Assembly (NCBI GenBank): GCA_014905635.1
Contig: JABVCE010000023.1
Coordinates: forward strand, 62,001-126,000
Length of the DNA stretch: 64,000 bases
Reading direction: 5' to 3'
Origin: Scenedesmus sp. PABB004
Taxonomy: Eukaryota
The notes beneath the pieces are model-generated. The model saw nothing but the letters and a program-made list of their open reading frames with translations, did no database searches and had not been told where the DNA came from. How positions within the stretch are numbered: the stretch's first letter is position 1; the number at the start of each line of letters is the position of its first letter. Below, in pieces: positions 12,944-25,853 of the stretch. A program made the translations under genes and the position numbers.

Positions 12944-15168
12944 CTACGTGGTGGGCGCGGCCAGCTGCCCCGGCGACGGCGACGGCGGCACCGGCGACGA
13001 CGTCTGCTGCGACTGCTGCGACTGCTGCTGTGACTGCTGCGACTGCTGCGGCTGCTGCGCAGCGGCGACGGCGCCCGCGCCCGCGCTGGCGCTCAGCGGC
13101 CGGTCGCGGGAGCGGCCGCCCGAGCCGGGGCCGCCCAGCTTGGCGGCCATCAGCTCCGCGCCGCTCAGCCGGCCCAGGCTGCCGCTCGCGGACGACGGCG
13201 ACGGCAGGCTGCCCGCGCCGGCGGCGATGGCGAGGCCGTGCCCGCCGCTGTGCGTGCGCATGCTGTTCCAGGACCGCCGGCTGAGGTCGCCGCTGCCCGC
13301 GCGGCTGGCGCTGCGGCTGTAGGACGCCCAGTTCCTGCGCCAGCCGCGGCGGCAGGACGTTTGGGGGGGGGGGGGGGCGGTCAGCAGGGGGGTGGGGCAA
13401 GCGGCGCCGCGGCGCGCCGCCGCGCCAGCGCAGGCGCGGGCCGGCGCGGGGCGCACTCTGGCGGCAGCTCGTGCGGCGCGAGGCCCATGTCGCGCAGCGT
13501 CAGGCCGCGGCCCTCGAGCTTGGCCTCCAGCGCCTTGTAGCTGCTCGTGAGCGCCTCGAGCTGGCGCTGCAGGCGGTTGACGATGTTCTGTGCGCCGCGC
13601 GGCGCGCGGCGCGGGCGTCAGCGCAGGCGCGCGCGCGCGGGCGTGCGCCGCCGCCGCCGCCGCCGCCATGCCACCGCCACGCCGCCGCCGCCGCCGCCAC
13701 GCCCCCGCCATGCCGCAGCCGCCGCCGCCGCACCTCCTCCTCCATCTCCATCGCCGCCTCGAGCTGCACCTTGTCGCGGTTGAGCCGGTCCACCGCGCCG
13801 CTGAGCTCGTGCACGGCGCGCTGCAGCTCCGCGCGCTCGCGCTGCAGGCCGCCCTTCTCGGCGCCCAGCTTCTCCAGCTGCTTCTGCAGCTTGTTCATGA
13901 TGTACTCCTGGCGGGAGTGAGGGAGGTGTGAGGTGCGAGTGAGGAGCGAGTGAGGAGTGAGCGAGGAGCGCAGCAGCACTGCAGTACTGCGCCGCAGCAG
14001 GCAAGCCGGACGGCAGGGCGGCGCCGCGCGCAGGGGCGCGCGCAGGCGCGGTGCGGCCGCGCCGCGCGCCTGCTCCGCCTCGAGCTGGTTCTCCAGGTCC
14101 ACCTTCTCCTTGTGCAGCTTGGCCTTCTCGCCCGACAGCTGCTCCAGCTGCGCGCGCGGCGCGGTGCAGCACGGCGCGGGCCCGCCGCGCGTCGGGCGCC
14201 GCGCGACCGCGGCGGTCGCCGCCGCCGCCGGGGCGCGCGTCTGTGCGTGCGTGCGCGCGGCGCGCGCCGCGTGCGCGCCTGCTTGCAGAGCTTGTTGACC
14301 ACATACTCCTGCTCCGTCTCGAGCCGGCTCTCCAGGTCCACCTTCTCCTTGATGAGCTGGCGCCCGCCGGGGCGGCGCGGGCCAGGGCGGGGCGCACGGC
14401 GGCGGCGGCGCGCGCAGCGCGGTCGGCGGCGCCGCGCCCGCGGCGCTCGGCCTGCACGCGGCCCGCGGCGCTCTGCCTGCGCGCGGCCGCGCGTGCCGCG
14501 CGCGCGCGCGCCCCGCACCTTTTCCAGCTTCTTCTGCAGCGTGTTGGTCAGAAACTCCTCCTCCTGCTCCACCTGCAGCGCGCAGCGCGCAGACAGCAGA
14601 CAGCAGAGCGCCGCGTCAGCCGCGGCCACGCGGGGGCCCTCCCGCCGCGCAACGCTGCGCCTGGCGCCGCGGCCGCGCCCGCCGCCGGCGCGGCGGTCAC
14701 CTCCGTCGCGAGCTGCTGCTTCTCCTTCTTGAGCTGCTCCAGGCGCTTCATGAGCTTGTTGGTGATGTACTCCTCCTCCTGCTCCACCTGCGATTGCTGC
14801 GGCCGCGCGCGGGGCCGGGCGGCGGGCGCGGGTGCGGGCGCGCGCCGGCAGCGGCGCGCCGGCAGCAGCGGCGCGCGCCGCGGCCGCCCCGCGGCGCCCC
14901 GCGCGCGCGCCCGGCGCCGCACCACCGCCAGGTTTTGCTCCCGCGTGCGCCTCAGCTCCTCGCTTAGCGCGCCGGAGACCTTCTTCTCCTTGTCCAGCTG
15001 CGCGGCGCGGGCGCGGCGCGGGCAGCAGCGGCGTCGGCGGCGCGCCCGCGCGCCGCCCGCGCGGCCGCGCCGCCCGCCCTGCCGTCTGCGCACCGCGGCC
15101 TGGAGCCTGGTGGCCTCCGCCACCAGCTCCTCGCGGCTCATGCGCTCCAGGGCGCACGCGTCGAGCAT
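12944..15168 (-). CDS. CCDC6/DUF2046-like coiled-coil protein, 9 exons
   Basis: Repeated units VEQEEEYITNKLMKRLEQLKKEK, VEQEEEFLTNTLQKKLEK, EQEYVVNKLCKQ, EQEYIMNKLQKQ and EEENIVNRLQRQ are typical of the CCDC6 family. GC donors at 14278 and 14069. Confidence 0.85.
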
Positions 15169-15621
15169 CTCGACAGCTCGGCCGCGCCGAGTGTTGCGCG
15201 GCGGGCGGGCGGCAAGAAGCCCAACGTGCCTGCTCCGGACGCTTGCGAGCGAGTGCCGGGCGGGCGCTGGGCACGGACGGGTGCCGCTCGCCGAACCGCA
15301 GGCCGCGCAAGCCCCTCGCGCACGCTCCCGCGCCACCGCCTGCTCGCGCGGCGTCCCGGCCCGCCCACGACTTCGGCATCGGCACGTGCACCGCCACGAC
15401 CCCCACGCGAGCGCGTGCCGCGCCAGGAGCCCAGCCCCTTTTCTCCGCGCCGCCCGATCCGGGCGGCCCGCACGCGCGGGGCGCGCACCCCCTCGGCGCC
15501 GGCGCCGGCGCCGCGCCCGCGCGGCGGCGGCGCGCGCCCGCGCGGCGGCGGCGCGCGCGCGAGCAGCAGCGGCAGCGCCGCTCCGGCGGTCGTCACGGCG
15601 CGGCGCGGGCCGGGCGGCGCC

Positions 15622-16431
15622 ATGCTGGAGGAGCTGCGGCGCCTGCTGGGCGCGGCGTACGGCCGGCTGCAGGCCTACCTGCTCACCGCGCCGGGCGGCA
15701 ACCTCGGGCTCACGGGCGTGCTCGGGCTCGCGGCGCTGCTCTGGGCGGCGTGGCAGCTGCGCCGCCCGCGCCCGCCCGGCGGCGGCCCCGCGCGCGGCGG
15801 CGCGGGCGGCGCCGCGCCGCGGGCCCCCAGCGGGCGCCTCGCGGGCGGTGGCAGCAGCGCCGCGGCGGCCGCGGCGGCCGCGGCGGCCAAGGCCGCCGGC
15901 GGCGGCGCGCCCGCGCCGCCGCCCGCGGCGGGGCCGCCGAGCCTGGAGCGCGCGGTGCGCGTCAAGCTCGCGGGCGTGCGGCGCGTGACGATCTCCGCGC
16001 TCGGCCCGCTCACCGCGGAGTGGTCGCCCGGCGAGCTGTGCGAGGGCGCGAGCCTGAGGCCCGAGGCCGCCGAGCTGCTGCGCCGCGTCGCGGGCGCGGC
16101 CGAGCTGTACGTGATCGCGCAGGTGCGCGACGACGTCGGCCAGGCCGCGCTCACGGCCGCGCTCGAGGCGGCGGGCCTGCTCGGCGGCGGCCCGGGGCAG
16201 CTGCGCCCGCACCGGCTGCTCTTCTGCGGCACGCTCGACGGCAAGGTCTCCATGGTGCGCCAGCTCGAGCCTGACCTGCACATTGACGGCAGCGCCAAGA
16301 CCGTGTCCGACCTGCAGCGCTTCATGCCCGCGCTGCTGCACATACCCGCGCCCGGCGAGGCGCCCGCGGCGCGCGGCGCGGCCAACGTCGCGACGAGCGG
16401 CAGCCTCGCCGAGTTCTTCGCGCCCGCGTGA
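15622..16431 (+). CDS. PEX22: Plant-type peroxin 22, single exon
   Basis: N-terminal TM segment (GLTGVLGLAALLWAAW), RRVTIS, LYVIAQVRDD and HRLLFCGTLDGKVSMVRQLEPDLHID match the plant PEX22 signature. Confidence 0.8.
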   Translation: MLEELRRLLGAAYGRLQAYLLTAPGGNLGLTGVLGLAALLWAAWQLRRPRPPGGGPARGGAGGAAPRAPSGRLAGGGSSAAAAAAAAAAKAAGGGAPAPPPAAGPPSLERAVRVKLAGVRRVTISALGPLTAEWSPGELCEGASLRPEAAELLRRVAGAAELYVIAQVRDDVGQAALTAALEAAGLLGGGPGQLRPHRLLFCGTLDGKVSMVRQLEPDLHIDGSAKTVSDLQRFMPALLHIPAPGEAPAARGAANVATSGSLAEFFAPA

Positions 16432-16949
16432 GACGGTCGGCGCACCATGGAGACCTTGGTGCGCGCGCCGGCGGGCGGGCGGGCGGCGCCGGGGCGGCGG
16501 GCCGCCGCCGGCGTCGGGGCCCCGCGCGCGCGCGCGCACGAGCGGCGCCCGACGAGCACGGCGGCGCGGGTGCGTGCGTGCGCGGTGGAGGGGCTCCCCC
16601 AATGACCGGGTAACCGCGAGAGAAGGCATCGGCCACGGACCGGGCGCGGCGACCGTCACGTCGGCAGCGCGCGTTCAAGCGAGCCCCAACCGCGCGGCGC
16701 CGCCCCCCGCCGCCAACGCGCCCGGCGGCCCGACACACCCTCCGCCGCAGCTTCCGCGCGCCGCACGCCCCAGCTGTCGGCGTTTGGCGCCGCGGACGAC
16801 AACGCCCGCCGCCGAGCGCGCGTGCCCCGCCCCCAGGCCGCCCCGAGCGCGCCGGCGTGCGCCCCGCGGCGGAGCCCCGCGGCCGCACCGCGCCTGACCC
16901 GCCGGGCCGGGCCGGCTGACCGCGCGAGCAGCAGCAGCGGCGCGCCGCG

Positions 16950-18481
16950 ATGGCCGCCGCGCAGGAGGCCTACTTTGTGGGCCGCAGCGAGCTGCTGGCC
17001 TGGATCAACTCCACGCTCTCGCTGCGGCTGGGCAAGGTGGAGGAGGTGCGCGCCGCGCCGCGCCGCGCGGCGCGCCGCATCGCGCAGCGGTTGCCGAGCG
17101 CGCCGCTCCCCCCGCCGCGCCGCGCGCCAGACCGCCAACGGCGCGGTGGCGTGCCAGCTGCTGGACGCGCTGTACCCCGGCAGCGTGCCGATGAAGAAGG
17201 TCGACTTCAACGCCAAGAACGACTACGACTGCATCGCCAACTACAAGGTCCTGCAGGACGTCTTTAACAAGCTCGGCGTCGACAAGGCGCGGCGTGGCGG
17301 CGGCAGCAGCGGCAGCAGCGGCAGCGCGCGGCGGGCCCGGGCAGCCGCGCACCGCGCGCCGCGCCGCGCGCGCGCGCCGCCCGACGGCCGCGCGCGCGCG
17401 CGCGTTGCGCAGCACGTGGAGGTCGCCAAGCTCGTCAAGGGCCGGCCGCTGGACAACACGGAGTTCATGCAGTGGTTCAAGGCCTACTGGGACACCGCGA
17501 CGGGCGGGCAGCCCATCGACGACTACGACCCCGTCGCGCGTCGCGCGCTCTGCAAGACCGGCGCCGTGCGCGGCGCGGGCGGCGCCGCGCCCGCGCCGCG
17601 CGCCGCGCCTGCGGGTGCGCGCCGCGCGCGGCCCCCGGCGGGCGGGAGGGGCGGCGCGCCGCCGCACGCGCGCGCCGACGCGCCCGCCGCGCCGCGCCGC
17701 CGCGCGGCAGGCGCCGGCGCGGGCGCGCTGCAGCGCCGCATCGCGGGCGCGCCCAGCTACGCGGCCAAGTCGCCGGCGCCCGCGCCGGCGGGGGGCCGCG
17801 GCGCCGCGGGCGCCGCCGCCGCGGCCGGGGGCAGCCGCAAGAAGCTCATCGGCGCCGCCGGCAGCGGCCGCGCGAGCGCCACCAACGACGCCGACACCAT
17901 CGAGCGCCTCCAGGAGGAGGTGGGCGTGCTGGGCGCGCGCCGCGCCCCTCCCCCCGGCAGCGTCCTGCCGCGTCCCCGCCCCTCCCGCCCCGCCCCGACG
18001 CGCGCCGCCGCTGCGGCCGCCGCCGCGGCGCAGGTCGCGAGCTGGCGGTCGTCCGCTGAGACAGCGGCCAAAGAAAAGGACTTTTACTACAGCAAGCTGC
18101 GCGCGATCGAGCTGCTCTGCAACACGCCCGGCATCGCCGGCTCGCCGGTGCGCGGCGCGCCGGCGGCGGCCGCCGCCGCGGGGCCACAGCCCGCGTGCGG
18201 CGCCGCCGCTCACGCCGCGCCGCCGCCGCCGCGGCCGCCGCCGCCAGGTGGCCAAGGCGGTCGAGGACATTCTATATGCGGCCACGCAGGAGGAGGGCGA
18301 GGCCAGCCTCGCGGCGGCCATCGCGGAGCTCGAGGCGGCCGAGGCCGCCGGCGCGTGTGGCGCCGAGGCCGACGCCGACGCCGGCGCGGCGGCGCCGCCG
18401 CTCGCGGCCGAGGGCAGCGACGAGGGCAGCCAGCCCGCGCCGGCGCCGCTGCTGCCCGAGGCGGCCGTGCCGGTGTGCTGA
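16950..18481 (+). CDS. EB1: Microtubule end-binding protein EB1 (CH + EBH domains), 6 exons
   Basis: AYFVGRSELLAWIN, GAVACQLLD, VPMKKVDFNAK, NYKVLQDVFNKLGVDK|HVEVAKLVKGRPLDNTEFMQW and EKDFYYSKLRAIELLC. GC donor at 17287. Confidence 0.96.
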
Positions 18482-18723
18482 GGGGGGCGGGCCTGGGGGG
18501 GCGTGACCCACGTGACTGACCGGTGGCGGGTGCGGTGGGGACAGCGGCCTGGCAGGCAGACCAGTTGCGGCCACGGCAGCGGCGGGCTGGCGGTGCACAG
18601 GAGGACGCGCCGGCAGTGAGTGACTGGGCCGGCGGCGCGCCTGCACAGAGTCCCGGCAGACGACGAAGGGGGGGGGCTCTTCTCTCGCCTCGGCGTGCGA
18701 GCGGGGCGGCGTGCGTTCCTTTG

Positions 18724-18728
18724 TTACA
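18724..18728 (-). promoter_or_regulatory. Putative TGTAA polyadenylation signal
   Basis: TTACA on + about 110 nt past the stop at 18839. Confidence 0.6.
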
Positions 18729-18838
18729 CGCGAGGCGGGCTGCCGTGACCGCGGACGCCGCATGCGCGCCGCCGAGCCCCCAGCAGAGCCCCTGCCGCGC
18801 AAGTGCTGCCAAGCCATGGGAAGAAGACAAGAGGCCCG

Positions 18839-20143
18839 TCACAGGCCCGGACCGCCGTCGCTGTCGCGGCCGGGCAGCTGCTCCACGCTGGCGCGCACGC
18901 GCGGCAGCTCGCGCCGCAGCCCCGGCAGCTCCAGCGGCGGCGTCGCCGCGCCGCGGCTGCCCTTGGGCTGCCGCCAGAGGACGTAGCCCCGGGGAGGGTA
19001 GCGCCACGCGACCCCGCGCAGCGTGGCGCGCAGCCGGCGCAGCCGCGCCGCGGCCGCCTGCCAGCGCTGCTGCCCGCCCGCGAGCGCGCCGCGCACCTCG
19101 CCGTCGGCGGCGGCGGCGGCCGCCGCCGCCGCGGCGGCGCTGCGCGCGAACAGCGCGCGCCGCGCGCCGGCCTGCCGGATCTCCGCGACGCGCAGCACGA
19201 GCGGCAGCTGCTCCCGCCGCGCCGCGCCCGCGAGCGCCTGCATCGTGTCCAGCAGCGGCTCAAACTGGGCCGAGTATGCGGCATAGTCATCGTCGCTGTA
19301 CGCCGCGGCCTTGAGCTGCAGGGCGTGCAGGCGCTTGCGCGCCGCGCCGACCGCGCTCTGCAGGTCGGACAGGCCCGCCTCGGCCGCGTCGAGCTCCGCG
19401 GGGCTCACAAAGCCGCCCTCGCTCGACAGCGCCTGGATTGCGGCGCGGCGCGGCGCGCGCGCGGCTGAGGGGCGGCGCCGGCCGGCGCGCCGCCCGCGCG
19501 CGCGCGCGCCCCGGCCGGCCTCGGGGCACGGCCGCGCCCAGGGGCCCCTGCCGCCGCCGCCACACGCGCGCGCGCGGCGCAGCCTCACTCACGTCGTCCA
19601 GCAGCGCCTCCAGCCGCTGCTGCTGCCACTCCAGCTCCGCGAGCGCCGCGCGGAGGGCCTTTTCGACGACGCCGCGCTGCGCGAGCGTGGCCTGCATCGT
19701 GCCCGCCCGCATCTCCCTGTATATGTGGCACGCCGGCGCCGGCAGCACGTAGCACAGGTGCACGAGCGCCTGCCGCGGCGCGCGCGCGCGCGCGGGGAGG
19801 GCGGGCGGCGCGGCGTCGCGTGCGCGGCGACGGCGGCCCCGGCACAGCCATGCTGTGCGCCCGCAAGGCGCGCGCCCGGCCCCCCGCGGCGCGCAAGCGC
19901 ACCTGCTCGTGCCACGGCCGCGCCTGCTCCGACAGGAGACCCCAAAACTGCCGCGGCACGACCTGGCGCGCCGGCGGCAGCACGCCCGGCGCCGCGAGGC
20001 CCGTGGGACTGGCCGCCGCGCTGGCGGCGGCGGCGCCGGCGCGCTCCGCCGCCCGCGCGGCGGCGGCCGCCGCGCGCGCCGCCACGGTCGGCGCCACCGC
20101 CGTGGGCACCACTGCGTACGCGGGGCCCGCGGGCGCGCGCGGC

Positions 20144-20179
<36 letters not shown>

Positions 20180-20634
20180 GGCTGGTCTCGCAAGCGCTGC
20201 CGCCGCTGCGGCGCCCGCTGCTGCCACTCCTGCTCCCGCTCCCGCTGCTGCTGCTCCAGCCACGCCTGCCGCTGCCACTGCTGCTGCAGGTGCTGCTGCT
20301 CTCGCTGCCAGCGCACCGCGCCGGCTGCGTGCCGCTCGGCAGCGGCGGCGCCCGCGTGCGCCGGCCGCTGCTGCGGCGGCTGCACCGGCTGGCCCTGGCC
20401 CTGGCCCTGGCGCGTCTCCTCCGCTGGTTCGTCCCGGGGCGACTGCGGCCGCGGCGCGCGCCGGCGTGAACGCGCCGCGAGGTAGCCGGCTTGGCGCTCG
20501 GGCGCTGCGACGCCCGCCACCGCGGCGCTGCGCGTGCTGCGGCCGGGGCGCTGCGCCGGGGCGCTTGAACCCGGGGCCGTCATGGGCCGAGAACAGCCCC
20601 GCGCGCCCGGCGGCCGCGCATTGCGCAGCAGCAT
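18839..20634 (-). CDS. Hypothetical protein (Gln/Ala-rich N-terminus, helical/coiled-coil C-terminus), about 3 exons; start uncertain (ATG 20634 or 20583)
   Basis: Coding-like exons (..QFWGLLSEQARPWHEQ | ALVHLCYVLP..EALLDD | ALSSEGGFVS..GPGL*) joined by GT-AG introns, with a downstream TGTAA. No family recognised. Confidence 0.6.
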
Positions 20635-21352
20635 GCGCGTGTGCAGCCGGGCGTGCCCTGCCGCTGCCTGCGGGAGGAAGCTCCGGGCGTGAGGTGCTCC
20701 GCAGTGGCCTTGCCAGCAGGGGGTGCTGCTGCTCGGCCGGCGGCGCTGCCACCGCGTCGGCGCGGCGGCGGCGCGGGGCGGCGCGGGGGCGGCGTGTGTG
20801 GCTAAACGCTGGGCGAGGTGGGTCTGAGCTCTGGGCGACGGGGCGGCGCCTGCGGCGCTCGGCGACGACAGCGCTGCGCGCCGTGAACCTCGGGGCACGG
20901 CGGCGGGGCACTGCGCGGGGTGCGCGGCAGCGCGAGGGGGGAGCTGCCGGTCAGCTTGCCAGCGAGATTGGGCACTGCCTGGCCGCCCCTGGACGCGGAT
21001 GCCCCCTGGACCAGCAGGTCACCGAGCCCGCCGCCGTTGCGTGCCGGTGCCGCGTGCGAGCAGGCGAGCGCGCCTTCTCGCTCGGGGTCGCGCCCGGCTG
21101 CGTGGAACGCTTGAAGGTTGACGGGCGGACGGCAGACGCAGTTGCTGTTATCGTCGTTCCCTGAGTTGAGTGAGCGCGGCTGCGGGCGTACACCCCGGAA
21201 GCTGGCCACGCTTCGCACCGGTAACGCTGCTGACTCTGGATTCCTTAGGAGCAGCGCGGGGACAGCTGGCGCTCTGGCTGTTGCTAGATCGACAGCAGCC
21301 AGCCCCGCCGGCCAGCCCTCGGTGCTCTGCGGCGCCGCACGGCCCCGGCGCG

Positions 21353-24300
21353 ATGGCGTGTAGGGCTCTGTACACACTGGCGCTGCTGCTGATGGCAGCT
21401 AGCAGCGCTTCGGCCGCAGGTGCGCGCGCGGGGAGCGGCTGGCTCGGCGGGAGCCGCCCCGCGCCGCGCGCGCGTGCAGCAGCAGCCCGCCCGGCGCTCG
21501 CCCGGAGCTGACCCCAGCTCCAGCTGCTAGACGAACGCCTCCAACCGCAGCGGCGAGCTCACTCTACCCGCGCCGCCCGCCAACAGCCGCCGCAGCAGAC
21601 GCGTGCGCGCCGGAGGCGCTCCCCGCCCGCACCGCCGGCCCGCCGCGCTTGCCCCCGCTCGCGCCGGGGGTGCGGCCCAACTTTATGGTCATCCTGACCG
21701 ACGACCAGGGCTGGGACGACATCGGCCTGCACCACGCGAGCGGCCTGCTGTCGACGCCCAACATCGACCGCCTCATCCAGCGCGGCGTGATGTTCAACAA
21801 CTACTACGTCACGCCCCAGGCGAGCTGCGGCGCATGATGCCCGCACCAAGGCTCGCGGCGCGGCGCGCGCGGGCCCCGAGCTGCGTGCCTGACGCGCCGG
21901 CCGCCGCCGCCGCCGCCGCCACGCAGTGCGCGCAGTCGCGCGCCGCGCTGCTCACGGGCCGCTCGTTCGTGCGCACGGGCACGATGCTGGTGCGGCCGGC
22001 GCGCCGCTGCCCCTGCCGCCGCTGCCGCCGCCGCCGCCGCACTGCCGCGCCAGCGCGCCGCGCCACGCCGTGCCGCGCCAACGCGCCGCGCCGCTGTGCC
22101 GCCGCCGCCGCAGGTGCACGGCGGGTACGACTTCATCAACAGCGCCGAGGCGACCGCCGGCAACGTGATGAAGGACGCGGGATACGACACCGCCCACTTT
22201 GGGAAATGGTGCGGGGGGCACGCGCGTGCGTCCTCGCCTGCCGCCGCTGGCAGCTCCGCGCAGGCGCGTGGCCGGGGGCGCGCCACCGCCAAACCCCGCC
22301 CGCGCGCCGCCGATCCCCGGCCGCGCCGCGCAGGCACAACGCGGACGTGGCGGGGTACGAGCCCTGGTTCACGGGCTTTGACGAGAGCTTCAGCGCGCCG
22401 GGCATGAACGCCGGGCCCGCGCGCCACAACGGCCTCTACATTAACAGCACCGGCGTCGGCGAGGAGGCGCTGCTGTCCAACATTCTCGACTACCTGCGCC
22501 CGGTGCGCACCCCGGCGCACCCCCAGCGCCCGCCGGCGGCGAGCAGCGGCCCGCGGCCCGCGCGCGCGCGCGCCGCCCGCGCCGAGCCCCGCCCGCGCCG
22601 CCGCCGGCCGCCCCGCGCGCCGCCGCAGCGCGCCGCCGCGGCCGCCGCGGGCGAGCTGCACACGCCGTTCTTCGCCTACTGGGCGCCCAACGGTGCGCGC
22701 GCCCGCCTGGCAGCTGCCTGCGCCGCGCCGCCGCGTGCGCACGCGCGCCAGCCCACGCGCGCGCCGCCGCCGTCGCCGCGCCGCCGCCGCCGCCGCCGCC
22801 GCAGCGATCCACTTTGCGCGCGAGAACGCGCACGGCACGCGCGTGCGCGTCTACCCGGCCGAGTACCGCGCCCTCTACAACGGCCCCAAATACGCCGGCA
22901 TCGCGCAGGGCACCCTCGACGTGCGCGCCGCGCCGCGCCGCGCCGCCGGGGCCGGGGCGCGCCGCGCCGCGCCGCCGCTCGCGCTCGCCCACGCCGACGC
23001 CGCCCCCTCCCTCCCGCGCCGTGCCGTGCCGTGCCGTGCCGTGCCGTGTGTGCGGCGCGCAGACGTGGGGCATGATCAGCTACCTCGACGCGGTGCTGGG
23101 GCAGTTCTTCGACTTCCTCGACGCCAACCCCGCGCTCGCGGCGACCACGTACGTGCTGCTCAGCAGCGACAACGGCCCCGCGCTGCTCGGCGACGAGGAG
23201 CGCGGCGCGGCGCGCCTGGTGCGGCGGGCGCCGTGGACGCCGCGGATGCCGCGGGCGCGCGGGCGCGTGGGCGCGGCCGGCGCGGCCTGTTAGTTGACCC
23301 CGCCCCGCCGCGCCGGCGCCGCGCGGCGCCGCCAGACGCGCATGCCGAGCGGGGCGCAGGGCGTCAAGCACTCGCTCGGCGAGGGCGGGATCCTCAACTT
23401 CATGGCCGTCACCGGCCCAGGTGTGCCCGCGGGCGCGGTCGATGGCACGCTGCTCGACGTCACCGACGTCCTGCCCACCGTCGCCGCGCTCGCCGGCATC
23501 CCGGCCAACGGCACCGACCACCTGCCCTGGGACGGGCTGAGCTTTGCAAACCTGCTGATCGACGCCGGCGCCGGGACGGCCGGCGCCGGGACGGCCGCCG
23601 CGGCCGCGGCGCGCCCCGCGTCGCACGCGCGCCTCGCCGCCGCGGCGCAGTCGCTCCCGGCGCCGGCGCAGCAGCAGCAGCCGCAGCAGCAGGCGCGGGG
23701 CGACGGCGACGCCGCGACGGCGGCGCGCGCCGCGCTGGCCACGTCCGCGCAGCGCGACCGCATGCTGTTCAAGCTCAGCCCTCACTGCTGGGACGCTGAC
23801 GCCGTGCCGGTGCTGGGCCCGGACCGGTGCGGCGCGCGGCGCGGCGCAGCCTGCCGCGTGCGGGCCCAGCCTCAACGCGAGGGCCGCGCGGCCTCTGCGC
23901 GCGCGCTCACGCGCCGCCGCCGCCGCCGCCGCCGCGTCCAGGGAGATCGTGCGCCCGCAGCCGCTGCTCGACTACGACACCGGCGGCGTGCCCAACGTCG
24001 TGTACGCGGCGATGCTCCCGGGGCTGCGCCGGCACAACCCCGGCTTTGAACCCTGCATCGCCGTGCGCTACAAGGACTGGAAGTGGCTCGGCTCGACCAA
24101 CAAGGTCTACCGGTGCGCCCCGCAGCCTGCGCCGCAGCGCGCGAGCCGCACGCACTGCGACGCAGCACGCGCCGAGCAGGCCCGCGCGGGGCCCGCGCGG
24201 GGCCTGCGTGCGCCGCGGCGCCCACGTCCGCCGCCGCCGCCGCCGCCCGCGCGCCACCGCAGGCTCGCCGGCGGGTCTCACATTGAGCTCTCCTGCAACG

Positions 24301-25631
24301 AGGTCCCCGAGCCGCGCGCGACGGAGCTGCGCGCGCTCATGCGCGGCGCGGCGCGCGAGTGGTGGGCCTCGGTCGTGGCGGAGCCGCACTCCTTCACCAA
24401 GCCCACCTTCTACCTCGGCCTCTCCAACACCAGCGTCACTAACATCCTCGCCTCGGGCGCGCACGAGCGCACGCCCGGGTCGGTCAAGCTGTTCCAGAAC
24501 GGCGCCGAGGGCTTCCGCGCGCCCGGCGACCGCGCCTGCTTCAGCACGCAGGCGCGGCGGCGGCGGCGCCCGACGCGCGCGCGCGCTTGCGGCGGCCTCC
24601 CCGCCGCCCGCCGCCCGGCGCGGCGCGCCACTCGCCCGAGACACCCCGCACACATACACACACCGCCGCGGCCGCCGGCGCGCAGGTGATGGAGCACGGG
24701 CGGTACGAGGTGACGCTCATCTACGTCTCCAACCACAACGCCACGGTGCGCTTCAGCGTGGGGACCTTTGCCGACATCGCGTCCGGCGCCGCGCCGTCGA
24801 TCACGGGCGAGCTGCCCGCGCAGCGCGACGTCATGGCGGGCGTCACGTTTGGCAAGCTCGACCTCCACGCCTCGCGCACGCGCATGACGGAGGCCTGCAT
24901 CGTGCGTGGGCGCGCCGCGCCTGCGGCGCACGGCCCCCGCGCCCGCGCAAGCCCGCGCGCCCGCGCAAGCCCGCGGCCCGCGCCTGCGCGCCCACGCGCG
25001 CTGACGCCGCCCCGCGCCCCCGCCCTTGCGTCGTCCGCGCGGCGCGCAGGAGCTGGTGAAGAACTCGAGCCCCGACAACGCGCCCGTGTTCAGGGCCCTC
25101 GCGGTCATCCGCATGGCGCGCAAGGCCTCGCCCGAGGACCGCGCCGCCGCGGCGGCCGCGGTCGACGCGGTGAGCATGGACGCGCTGCCGCGCCGCGTCA
25201 CGACCGAGGCGGTGCGCGGCAAGCTCATCGCGCGCAAGTATAACAGCATGGCTGGCGTGCTGGAGGCGCAGACGCAGCGCGAGCGCACGCGCGTGCAGGC
25301 GGCCGACGCGCACGCGCGCGCCGCGGCGCCCGCGCGTGCCGTGCACACGCGCCCCGCGGCCGCGCGCGCGCCCGCCGCGGACGCGGCGGCGCCCCCCGCC
25401 GACGACCGCGTCGCGGCGGCGCTTCGCCTCGAGGCGGGGGCGCTGCAGCGGGCGCACCGCCGCCCTGCCGTGGGCGCGCGGCGCGAGGCGGCGCTCAGCG
25501 CGGCCGACCTGCCCGCGCTGGCGGCGCAGTACCGCTGGCCCGCGGGGCAGGGCGGGCCGCTGGAGAGCATGTGGAGTCCTTACCATAGCGAGGGCATCGA
25601 CGCGTGCGACGCCTGCCGCCCGCCCGTGTGA
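21353..25631 (+). CDS. Secreted formylglycine-dependent (S1) sulfatase with a C-terminal beta-rich domain, 13 exons
   Basis: Signal peptide (MACRALYTLALLLMAASSASA), RPNFMVILTDDQGWDDIG, TPNIDRL, CAQSRAALLTGR, GYDTAHFGKWH, SSDNGP, KHSLGEGG and DVLPTVAALAG. GC donors at 21820 and 24552. Confidence 0.92.
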
Positions 25632-25804
25632 GAGAGGCGCGTGGCGGCGCGCGCCGCCATGGTTGATCCAGCTTCATTCCACTTATCGCTGCTGCTGCAC
25701 GAGGGCGGGTTAAAAGGAAGAAGGGGGCCGGCGCCGCCGGCCCGCCGCCCCCGCGCGGCGGGCGGCGCCGCGCCGCCCCCGAGGAGGGAGGGCTTTGCGC
25801 ACCT

Positions 25805-25805
<1 letters not shown>

Positions 25806-25852
<47 letters not shown>
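25806..25852. repeat. (GGC)n trinucleotide repeat, intergenic or 3' UTR
   Basis: Directly visible. Confidence 0.9.
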
Positions 25853-25853
<1 letters not shown>

